A program made the translations under genes and the position numbers. The notes below the pieces were generated by a model. That model had not been told where the DNA came from. It searched no databases and saw only the letters and a list, made by a program, of their open reading frames with translations. A stretch of 64,000 nt of DNA from Cycas panzhihuaensis (lineage: Eukaryota; Plantae; Cycadophyta). Positions 26,200 through 38,031 of the stretch are shown here, one piece after another (positions within the stretch are counted from its first letter, which is position 1; each line of letters starts with the position of its first letter). The stretch is from assembly GCA_023213395.1 (NCBI GenBank), contig CM041465.1, positions 147,629,741 through 147,693,740 of the forward strand. The letters are read 5' to 3'.

Positions 26200-26960
26200 G
26201 AGCCACCAAGGTAGGTGGTGGATAAACGATCAAGAAAGGAGTAAATAGGGAGGAGATGTTTTAATGCATGTTGAATTAGTTGGCTGGAAGAAATGTTTGC
26301 CAAGTTCCCTTAGGTAGTGTGACCGAGCATTCATAATGGATAGTCTCCTGCTTAGGGAAGATAATGACACATGAGGTAAGGATTGGGTGGATTATGAGGG
26401 GAGGCACGAGGGCATGGAAGAGGCATGAGATTTGGGATTATGAGAGGATACCATAAGCTCTAAGGAAAATCTCCCTCAGCAGTTTAGGAGGTGCATGTTG
26501 TTGATGAGCCAAAGATTACTGAGGCTCTCCCTTCGAGTTTGATTGTTGATGGTGTTGGGACGACAGTCTGGTGGGAACACCTTTTGTTACAAGTGACTAC
26601 AATGTGATGACATCCCAACAATCTAGCAGTGGTTTGAGTGAGATTCTCCCTATGTAGATGTCGCTATCTAGAATGGAGGGATGCATCTACTTTCAACCTG
26701 GAAGTGGAAGATACAGGACCTCTAACAGAGTCAAGTTGCTCATCATATCTAGTGTGAAGAATATGAAGGATGTAGGGCTAACTGCAAACATTTGGAGATC
26801 GTGGAGAAGGTGAAGCTGATGGGCAAGCAATTGTCATAACCATCACACTTCAAGAAACAATTGTTCAATCCAAGAATTGGCATACTAGTCATCAACAGAG
26901 TCAATCCATTAATTAAAGGCGGGAGAATTTGAATATGCGAGAACGTAATGGGCACAATGG
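26200..26960 (+). mobile_element. Very decayed Gypsy-type gag fragment
   Basis: Faint Retrotrans_gag-like pattern (..WWE.., ..F..RFSL..) with many stops. Confidence 0.35.
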
Positions 26961-27055
26961 AAGAGACGACAAATCAAATGAAGGCAATAAAGTTTGCTAC
27001 AAACAGACAAAGAATATAAACAGAATCATAGCATATGCACTTTTGACAACCATAG

Positions 27056-27060
27056 GTTAT

Positions 27061-27090
<30 letters not shown>
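27056..27090. repeat. (TA)n(GATA)n microsatellite
   Basis: tatatatatatatagatagatagatagatagat. Confidence 0.9.
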
Positions 27091-27091
<1 letters not shown>

Positions 27092-28326
27092 GTAATGTTA
27101 TGTTACATTAAAATATTTTAAACTTTTAATTGAAGTTCATTCATAAGCCCCTCTGTTAATTGAGCCCCATGTCATATTTTAGATAGTGTGCTAAGGGACT
27201 TTTTGGTTTATTGAGAAGCCTAGTGCAAAAATCAGAGAACACATTTGTATAGCAACTTTTTGTGCTCTATCATCTAAGCATGATTAAATGGTCATTTTCT
27301 AGCTCCGTATGCATTGTCTGAGGAATTTTACATTTTGTTGGCACTCTACGAAGTGACTGAGGACTCCATAGTTGCAGAGTTTAATAAAATATTGTGCGTG
27401 CTATGTTAGGGCTATTTAATGCCTGCTTTTGGTGTGTAATTTTGTGTTATTTTTCACATTAATTATGGGTGGACGTCTGCTTTATTCCTATTATAGTAAG
27501 TTGCCCCAAAAGACTTGTTATCACTGCAACAAACCTGGTCACTTTAGTAGGAATTGTAGGTTGTTATAGGTTGATTAGCAACAACACAAAGGTAGTTAGT
27601 TGAATGTAGTTGGTTAGCAAAACTTGGCAGTCTCTCAAATAGGGTTAAAATCAAGTGATGTCTTGAACATCGACTTAGGTGCTTCTAGGCATATGATTGG
27701 TAGATTTGACTAGTTCAAACATGTGGGAAATGACTGAGCATACTATTACTCTGGAAGACAATAAAACCTCATATGTTAAGGGCACAAGAGAGGTCCCATT
27801 TATAGCACCAGCTAGAGAAGATTATCACATTGATGATGTGATGTATGTACCAAAATTGAAGAGAGATCAAATTTTAGTTAGTCAAATCAAAGACAACATG
27901 AGTGTTCTCTTCTAAGATAGGAAGGCCATAGTCAATGATCATGAAGGAAAAATTGTCGTAGAAGGTGTAAGGGAAGGTAACCTTTTAGGCTTCTAGGTAA
28001 ATCTGTGAACCAAAGAGCATTGACTATAGATGTGTCTAGCAGAACTTAGTTATGGCATGTGAGAATAAGGCATTTGCACTTCCGAGGACTACATTTAATG
28101 CATAAGCTGAACATGGTGCATGGTCTCTTGAAATTCAAGGCAAGAACAAGCATTTGCGAACCTTGTATCTTTGGGAAGCAACATAGGGAGAAGTTTCCAA
28201 AAGGCAAGGCTTGGAGGGCTACTGAAAAGCGCAACCTAGTCCACTCAAGATATCTGTGGTCCTATGCCAACCACTTTTCTCGAAGGTGCAAGATATTTCT
28301 TGACCTTCATTGATGATTTTTCAAGG

Positions 28327-28657
28327 AAGGTTTGGATGCATCTTATAAAGGAGAAATCCCAAGCATTGACATCTTCAAAGAATTCAAGGCAGAAATGAAA
28401 AACTAGTGTGGCCAAAGGGTAAAGATCCTCAGATTAGACAATGGGGGGGAATACACCTCTAATGCCTTTGTCTAGTTTTGCAAAGACCATGCAAGGTTTG
28501 GATGTATCCTATAAATGAGAAATCCCAAGCATTGACATCTTCAAAGAATTCAAGGCAGAAGTGGAAAACTATTGTGGCCAAAGGGTAAAGATCCTCAGAT
28601 CAGAGAATGGGGGAGAATACACCTCTAATGCCTTTGTCTAGTTCTACAAAGAGCATG
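28327..28657 (+). repeat. ~166-bp diverged tandem duplication inside the Copia integrase
   Basis: The unit AAGGTTTGGATG...CAAAGA(C/G)CATG starts at 28327 and again at 28493. Confidence 0.92.
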
Positions 28658-29739
28658 GGATTAAGAAGCAATTGATGATAACATACACACCATAACAAAT
28701 TAGTGTAGTTGAGAGGATGAACAAGACATTGGTCGAAAGGGCCAAGTCAATGATGAAAGCGAAGAATCTTTGAGATACTTTTTGGGCTGAAGTTGTTTGT
28801 ACAACAATGTATCTGACCAACAAGAGTGTTACAAAAGTTGTATGGAATATTATCCCTGAAGAAGCATGGCCAGGACAAAAACCTACAGTTAGTCATCTAA
28901 GAATATTTGGAAGCATGGCATATATGCATGTTCCTAAGGAGCAATGCCAAAAACTTGATTACAAAAGTTCCAAGTGCTTCCTCGTAGGATATAGTGAAGA
29001 AAGCAAAGCATACTAGGTATATGAGTTGGCAATTGGGAAGGTACATACAAGTCAAGACACCATCTTCAGAGAAGTTGACGAGCAAATTACACATCATGAT
29101 CAAAACTTGGACACTTTGAAGATTTAGCAAGACAAAGGAAAGTAGATCGAGGAACAACTTGAATATAGTTCTTTGAGACAACAATTTCTTGAGCCAAAGC
29201 ATGAAAAAGAAGATGAAGAGGAGGAAGAAGAAGAAGAGGTAGGTGAGGACAAGGAATATGAAGATGCTTAGGAACCACAACTAAAAATGTAGCCCGAGGT
29301 TGCTCCACCTGCCAAGAAACTTACCAAATGGTATTTAAGGTCATTGCAAAAGCCCAAGTACCTAAGATAGAAGGAAAACATAAGTTGAGGATGAGACTTG
29401 ATACGATCAATTTTGCCTTTATGGCAAGTGTGTTGAATGCTGAAGAGCCTTTGAGTTTTGAGGAGGCTAGCTAGGAGTGGAAGTGGAGATTAACAATAGA
29501 CGCTGAAATTCGAGTATTTGGGTAGAACAAGACTTGGGACTTGGTTGATTTGCCAGTAGGCAAACAAGCGATTAGATGTAAATGAGTCCATAAGACCAAA
29601 TTAAGATCTAATGGCTCTATTGACAAATATAAGTCCAGATTGGTAAACAAAGGATTCAAGCAAACACAAGGGATTGATTATTAGGAGACATTCACTCCAC
29701 TAGTAAAAATGGTAACGATTACATTGATGTTGGCATTAG

Positions 29740-32700
29740 TGTTAGAGTGTAATGTTTTATCTTAGAAAATCTAAAGGGGTGATAAACCCCTCAAATTTGT
29801 AACTTACGAATTTATGTAGGACGTGTCTAACAAGTGCCAGTTTCTTATGTAACGGTTACTTTTAGGTTCTTGGTGGTTACAAACCCTATTTGTATATATT
29901 CAGGAGTTCACTCCATAATAATCAATCAAGATTTTTCCATTCATCTTTGAGTTATTTCCTAACATGGTATCAGAGCGGGTTACGCTGCCTATTTAAGACA
30001 AGATTGTTTGCAGAAGAGGCATTTTTTGCCTGAGATAAGGAGTTCTTTGGTTCATATTAGAATTGATTTTGTCAAGGAGGAAAGAATCTAGGCAAAGTCA
30101 AAGGACAACTAAGGAGAAAAGGATCCAGACAGAGAAAAACTAGAATCATATGGATTGGTATGGAACTGTACGACTGTATAGACCAGAAAAATTGAAGTTC
30201 TTAGATCGAGACGAAATTTGGCCAAAAGTTAAATCTCGTCCTCCCCGTCATATCTCTTCTACATTAAGTTCATCTGAGATCATTTTCAAGTTGATTTACC
30301 CATTTTTACAGGTGTGCCAGTTTGAGGAGAAAGGTACATATTTTTCAAAAAAATCTCGGATTTTTCCACTAAAAATCAGTCAAAAAATCTTTGTACTTGT
30401 TATATGAATAGATTGGAATCTTCTTTTGTGAATTTTGTGGAGTATTTTATTAAATCCGAGCAGATTTCTAAAAAACCCTAGTTGCCTTCTTTCTCCTTGC
30501 GGGTTAAATATCTCACAAATTAGAGATTGTCCTAGAAAAATAATTTCAGATTAGTAACCCTCTCATCAAGACCTTTCATTTGAGGTATGATTTGGTCTCA
30601 ACCATACAATTTGGGCATAGCACGAAATTCCGTATAGTTATATGGTCTAGGGTTAGTACCATCAGTTTTTGAAGTCAGATATGGCTTCATCCATTCTTGC
30701 TCTTTTCAACATGGACAAACTTACAGACAGTAACTATCATGTTTGGAAAATTAAAATAGGAACATTATTGAGAGCCAAGAACACCTGGAAGATTGTAACT
30801 AGAGATGAAGCCAAACCCATTGCTGCAGGGGTAGATCTAATAAATTGGGAAGAACGGGATAGTGCAGGAGTCATAATTTTAAAACTTTCAATATCGGATC
30901 CTCTCCTCGTTTATGTAGAGAAATCGACCTGCACCCTTGATATTTGGAGTTGTTTTGAAAAGCTGTATGGGCAAAAAATAAGGCTAGAATAGTTGCCTTA
31001 AAGGAAGAATTATTTAAGCTTCATATGAGAGAGACTGAAATAGTGATCGAATTTATTCACAAAGTTGTGTCCTTGAGAAATGACCTCTCCAGTGCTGGTG
31101 CAACCATCACAGATCAAGAAATACCAATAATGATCAGATCACATTAATGACTCTAGATACCTTAACCAGGTCATTACTAAGGCAGGAACAGAGGAATAAA
31201 AGATATGAAGATTTTGGAGAACTAGCATATGCATTCATATCCAGATTGAATTTGGGGCCAAGAGGACGAAGCAGAGGAAGAGGTTGGACTCCAGAAGCAA
31301 GGACTCCTTTGCAAGGCATATGGCAAGACAGTAGATGTCGAGGACATTCATCAACTTCAAGAGTATGCTACAATTATGATAAGATTGGTCACTTTGCAAG
31401 TACTTGTAGAGCTTTTGATCTTTGTTATCACTGTGGACAGCCAGGATACTATCCATATCAATGCTCGCAAAGGAGAGCAGACATCCAGGGAGGGAAGCGC
31501 CTAGTTGGAAACTATACCAAGGAACAAATTGATGCAGATGAAGAAGAAGAGACTGCTTTTATTGTTGCACTCACCGCTAGCCTTCAGGACAAAGACATTT
31601 GGAACATTGATTCATGGGCGTCCTGATGCATGACTAGCAGAGAAGACTAGGTTGAGACACTTCAACCATACACATCAGACCGATCGGTGGAGTTAGGAGA
31701 CAAATACCCCCTTAATATAAAGGGAGTAAGAACAATAACTGTCAAGCTACAAGGCAGCATAAAAAAGATTGGAAATGTACTTTTAATCCTTGATCTCAAA
31801 ATGAATCTTCTTTGTGTCTCTCAACTTAGCAAGATAAAGCTGACTGTTTTTTATGAAAAAGGGTTCTGTTACATCCTTGACATGAAAGATAATGGCAATG
31901 TAATCGCAAAGGGAGTAGAAAGTAATGACCTATATAGGCTGCTTTCTAACCCGGTGCTCTCTGATGTAAAAGTTTGTACAACTGCAAATCTTAATGAGAA
32001 TGACAAATTGTGGCACTTGAAGTATGGACATCTCCCCATAGAAAAACTCAAGTCAATGAAGAAGGAAGGATTAGTTAATGGTCTTCCTTCTATCACATCT
32101 GATAACTTTCTCTGTAAAAGTTGTCGATCTGGAAAACAACATAGGCTGCCTTTTAAAGAAAGTGAATGGAGAGCTAGAAAAAGGCTGGAGCTAATACATA
32201 CTAACATATGTGGACCTCTCACTCCACATTCAATCAATGGATGTAGATACTTTTGTACGCTTATTGATGATCTAACTAGGAATATGGGTCTACTTCCTTC
32301 AAAACAAATTAGAGGTGTTTGACAACTTCAAAGAATTCAAAGCTGAGGTAGAACTAGAATTTGGAGAAAAAATAAAAATGCATTAGATTTGATGGTGGAG
32401 GAGAATATATTTCAAAAGAATTCCTGAACTATTGCAAAATAAATGGAATTCGTAGACAATTTACAACCCCATATACTCCTCAATCTAATGGGGTTGCAGA
32501 AAGGAAGAATAGAGTTGTTATGGAAATGGCACGTTGCATGGTTCATGAAAAAAGGGTCCCTAGATCCTATTGGGCTAAAGAAGTTAACACAACCTGTTAT
32601 TTGTCGAAGTCCAACAAAGGCACTGGATCTTCTCACCCTAGAAGAAGCTTGGACAGGGAGAAAACTAGATGTAAGCCATTTGAAGGTTTTTGGATGTAAA

Positions 32701-34909
32701 ACATTTGTTCATATTCCTGACAAGGAAAGAACAAAGCTTGATTCAAAAAGTCTTGAGTGTATCATGATTGGATATAACAAGAATTCAAAAGCTTACAAAT
32801 GCATAGACTCGAAAACCAATAAGATAGATATAAGCAGAGATGTCATATTCAACGAAGAAGAAGTAGAAGAAGATAAAAATCAAATCAAGGTAATTAATGA
32901 GGCACCTCAGGTTATTTCTCAAGAAATTACTATCAAGGAAGTATCCGATCTAGCTTCAGAAGACGTCTCAGAAGACTCAGCCTTGCCACAGACTTCTCAA
33001 GAAGTCTCACAATCAGAAGCAGAAGAATCATCTCCGGAAGAATCAAGAACTGAAGAAGAACCAAAGAAGGAGAAAAGACTACCCAGATGGTATGTCAAAA
33101 CTGTTGAGGAAGGAAAAGGAGAAATACTTCCTCACAGGACAAGAAGCCAGAGATACAAAGCACTATATAGCAACATAGAATCCCAATCATTTGCAGAAGC
33201 AAAGGAACAGATCAAATGGAGAACAACCATGGACACTGAGATAGAATCCATCATAAAAAATCTGACCTGGGAATTAGTGGAATTACCACCCAACAAACCA
33301 GTAGTCAACTGTAAATGGATCTACAAGATAAAGGAAAGGGCCAATGGAAACATTGAAAAATACAAAGCAAGACTTGTTGTAAAGGGCTACACTCAAACAA
33401 TTGGGGTATATTATGAAGAAACATTTTCGCTTGTAGCCAAATTAAACACAGTAAGAGCAGTGATAGCATTGGCAGCACAAAAAAATTGGAAAATATATTA
33501 GCTAGATGTCAAAAGTGCCTTTCTAAATGGAGAAGTCTACATGAAACAACCAAAAGGCTATATTGAAAAGGGGAAAGAACACTTGGTCTGCAGGTTAAAA
33601 AAGGCATTATATGTACTAAAATAGACTCCACGTGCATGGTATGCAAAGTTGGACAACTATCTCTGCCAAAATGGATTTCACAGGTGTAGCTCAGATTCAA
33701 GCCTATATGTAAAGAACAGAAATGGGTTGATCACCATAAGTATGGTATATGTAAATGATATGATTCTCATCGGGGATGTTGAAGAATCAATCTCAAACGT
33801 AAAAGGTCAACTTGAAAGTAAATTTGAAATGACTGATCTAGGCCTTCTAAATCATTATCTGGGGATAAAAGTTGACCAAAAGGGTGACTCAATCACTCCG
33901 AGTCAAAGCAAGTACATCAAAGACTTTCTAACAAAATTTTAAATGGAAAACTGTAATCCATGTGCAACTCCCATGGAAGCAAATTGTAACTTGATTTTTG
34001 ACAAGGAAGAGCCTCAAGTTGATGCCACTGTATAGACAACTCATCGGGAGTTTAATCTATCTCACTACCACCATACCTAAAATCTCATACTCTGTAGGTC
34101 TTGTATTAAGATACATGTAGGAGCCAAAAATAAAACATTAGAAAGTAGCAAAAAGAATATTGAGATATTTGAGAGGAACAATTGAATTGAAGCTGGTATA
34201 TCCAAAAAAGGAATCACTTCAATTGACATGATTCTGCGACTCAGACTGGGCAGGAGACAGAGAAAAGGATTTCCTCCTAGGCATTGCACCAATCTCTTGG
34301 AGCTGTAAAAAGCAGATAACAATAGCTCTATCATCAATAGAAGCAGAGTACAAATCAATAGTTAGTGCAATCACTGAAGCAATTTGGCTAAGATAGTTTA
34401 TGACAGAACTGAACCAACAACAACATGGGCCAACATCATTGAACTGCAACAATCAAAGTGCAATCAAGTTAACCAAGAATTCAATTCTTCATGCTTGGAC
34501 AAAGCACATGGAGGTTCATCATCATTTCATTCGAGAGAAAGTTCAAAGCAAGGAGATTGATCTGATATACTGTCCAACAAGAGAACAAATAGTAGATATA
34601 CTGACAAAACCACTTGGATAAGACAAATTTCAAATCCTTAGGGATAATATAGGATTAAAGGATAAAACATTAAGAGAGGGAATTAGAGTGTAATGTTTTA
34701 TCTTAGAAAATTTAAAGGGGATAATAGACCCCTCAAATTTGTAACTTATGAATGTATGTAGGACATGTGTCTGATAAGTGTCAGCTTCTTATGTAACGGT
34801 TACTTTTAGATCCCTTGGTGGTTACAAACCCTATTTGTATATATTTAGGAGTTGACTCCATAATAATCAATTAAGCATTTTCCATTCATCTCTGAGTTAT
34901 TTCCTGACA
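29740..34909 (+). mobile_element. Complete nested Ty1/Copia LTR retrotransposon (inactivated)
   Basis: LTRs 29740-29964 and ~34681-34909. TSD ATTAG at 29735-29739 and 34910-34914. PBS TGGTATCAGAGC 29965-29976; PPT AAGAGAGGG ~34672-34680. Gag KLTDSNYHVWK, PR WNIDS, INT, RT and RH motifs present. Confidence 0.96.
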
Positions 34910-35353
34910 ATTAGTTCCTTAGCTTAAATGGCAACTACGTTAGTTTGATGTCAAAAGAGCCTTTCTTAATGAAGATCTTGTGGAGGGAATCTATATGGAG
35001 CAATCACTTGGATATGTTGCGAAAGGCATAGAACATCTGGTATGTTGTTTGAAGAATGCTTTGTATGACCTAAAACAAGCTTTAAGAGCCTAGTATTCCA
35101 AGATCGATTAGTACTTTTTGGATGATGAGTTTGAGAAGTCGCTAGCTGATCCAAACCTATATATCAAGGTTGAAGGAAATTTAGTCATCTTTGTAGTGTT
35201 CTATGTAGATGATCTTATGATCACAAGGAATAATACCTTAAATTTTGAAGACTTAAAAGTGATATCAAGTAGACGTTTGAGATGACCATTATTTTTGGGA
35301 GTGGAAGTGTGACAATAGCTTGGAAGAATTTTCATTTTATAGGCTAATTATGC

Positions 35354-36167
35354 TGTTGGAGTCAAAAGTGATCCAATGGCTGTGTGAGGACCAGAGGTAG
35401 GTCAGATAACCCGAGTTGTGCAGGTATGGACCGCATGCAGGTACGCACGAGGCAAAACGGCGTAAAACCAAAGATTCGGGTACGTATGACATGTGCGTGC
35501 TCGAATGGGTACGATGATGACACGCACTAACGCGGAACGGAACCGAGCAGAAGCGGTACGCACGACTCAAGGGGACCAGTGAAGACCTGTTGAGGTGCCA
35601 AACGTACGTACAGACATAAAGAACAGATTAATTAAGGCTAAACAAGTGTTTAAGTGAAAGGGTATGCATGACTGAAGGGGTACGGTTATGACAGGCAGTC
35701 ATAACCCTTCAGCTAAAAGGTACCAGCATGAGTACTTAAGGAGGTACGCATGATTCACCTGGTTAGGGTGAGAGCCGGATATCACGGGTACGTGAGGGTG
35801 CAGGAGCCAGTACGCATGACAGCCATTTGGAGCATCATTGTATGATAAGTACCATCTGGGTACGCATATGTAGCAGAAAGATTGTATGCTGCTGGAATGA
35901 TCAGGAATGCATTCCAGCCTCTGTGTAAATGAACTATTGACTTAATAAAAGGAAGAGTTACGTGGAAACTGGTGTATTATTGGTGTTGTAATGATGATTT
36001 GCTGAGTACGTATTGATTGCATCGTGTACCATTTTGTGAATTATATGTGGAATGTATGTGAATGACCATGTTGACAGTATCCTGAACTAGACTATAGCGC
36101 TGTGTAACCTTGACAAGTGTAAGGGCTATCTCATAAGTGTAATAAGATATCCCAGCCGAAGTCAACA
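35354..36167 (+). repeat. 5' LTR (814 bp) of the Gypsy element
   Basis: Direct repeat of 45037-45859; TG...CA termini. Confidence 0.97.
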
Positions 36168-36168
36168 T

Positions 36169-36181
36169 TGGTTCCGTTGCC
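36169..36181 (+). promoter_or_regulatory. Primer-binding site complementary to the 3' end of tRNA-Glu
   Basis: TGGTTCCGTTGCC begins 1 nt after the LTR. It is the reverse complement of ...GGCAACGGAACCA, the plant tRNA-Glu 3' end as recalled from memory. Confidence 0.75.
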
Positions 36182-36308
36182 TACGTTCGATGAAGAGGGA
36201 CAAGGGCCTAGGAGTTTCAAAGAGAAGTATGTGTAAAGGGCAGAGGACCCTAGCTGCCGTCGTGATGGCGGGCTGTAACTAAGCCACCGACAGCTAGGGG
36301 ACCTTCCA

Positions 36309-38031
36309 ATGCCACCTAAGAGGCCTTCAAGGTCGGAAGAGCTCCAGAAGGATACTTCACCCAAGGAAAAGGAGACCAGCAGACAAAGGGCACTGAGATG
36401 GTCAAAAGAATCAAAACTCAGAAGGGCGAGAGGGTTAAGTTCGCAAAACAACGAGACTAAGGGACAGTCCGTTGAAGGATCTGAGGCAAGTGGAGCCCAG
36501 GCACCTCAGGAGGAGGAAACTCATGGCGAACGCATGGTATTGACACCAGCCCCAATCAGAGATGATTTGTTTAGCCCGGAGATTGAAGGGAAGCCAAAAG
36601 TGGATGAAAAACATAAGAGATCCTAACAGAGGGAAGTATACCAGTGGAGGACAGCCCGAAGGACCTAGGTGACAGCGATAAGAAGGCGGAGGAAGGTCCC
36701 TTGGCATATGGGGAGAATAAGCTAATGAGACAGCTTTTCGAAGATTCGACAGAAAGGGGTTTTGATCAATCTTATATTACGGTAACACCGTTGACGATAC
36801 AAGTTCCAGGTGTATTGGAACCCATACATATAAAAACTCCATTCAAGAATCCGCTGTTTGGAAAAGATAGTATAGCGGTAGGCACTCCTAGTGCATCCCC
36901 AAAGGAGGGAGGAAAGGAAAAATCACCGTCAGGTGGGGGACAGTTACAATCTCCCAAAATGGACGACTATAGAGACTTTGGGAAACTGATCTTTAATGAT
37001 ACTTCAGACGCAGCAGAGCATGTATATCTATTTCAGAGCCTCATTGATGTAAAAGATTACGCATTTAAGGTGAAATCAAAGCACGATTCACCTGTACGTT
37101 AAGAGGAGTACCCTTGGCGTGGTATAAGGAAATAAATAAGAATGAGCCATGGGTGAAACTTAAAAAAGCATTCGAAGAGAGATTTCAAAAATTTCGCAGT
37201 AATGAAGTCAGGAAATCGTGACCACGAGAGATCAGATAGAGGCGGGGGGAATCCGTCATAACTTACATTAGCCGAATGAAAATTATTGCGGCGAGCATGA
37301 TCAATGAGACAATAACAGATCATAATATGAAGAACTACTTTGTAAGAGGGCTGAATGAGAAGTTACAAGCCACGATGCATGCTCATCCATTGAAATCATT
37401 CAAGAATGCTCAAGATCTAGCATTAGACTTTGAAATGGAAATGGACGCACAAGCGGGTGGACAAGACTCCTTGCTGCTGAGGTTACAAGACGAGATTAGA
37501 GAGTTGAAGCAAAACCAGTACAACCGACTCTTCTGCCAGGTAGGGGTAGCAGAGGAGGAATCAGAGCTGGAGGCATTGAGAAAAGAGGTAGCTAGATTGA
37601 AAGTTAGAAATAACCGTGAAGAAGAGGAAACACCTAAAAAGAAAGAGCACACTGGAAGGGTAACCAAGTGGTTCCACATTTGCGAAGAAAACTCACATAC
37701 CACCAAGGAATGTGATTTAAATTTAAAAAACAGTGCGTTGCACCAACATGAGAAGTGGTGCCATATATGTGAAGTTGACACACATACAACTAGGGATTGT
37801 TTCTACAATCCCAGGGGAAAAGCATTCAGAGGACAAGGTCGGGGAAGGGGAGGCAACCCACCTCGGAATGTGTATACAACGAGGGGCGCACCAGAACCCT
37901 CGAGGAAGAAACCGCCGATGGGGAGATGCCTCATCTGTCTACAGTTCGGGCATTGGAAGTCAAAATGCCCAATGAAGGTGAATACGAATGTGTCGTCAGA
38001 GTACAATCAGGCCCAAGTGACCACAAGATAG
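36309..38031 (+). pseudogene. Gypsy gag (disrupted) with capsid core and multiple CCHC zinc knuckles
   Basis: Capsid-like FNDTSDAAEHVYLF...W.KLKKAFEERF...YFVRGLNEKLQ. Knuckles (F)HICEENSHTTKEC, CHICEVDTHTTRDC and CLICLQFGHWKSKC. Confidence 0.85.
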
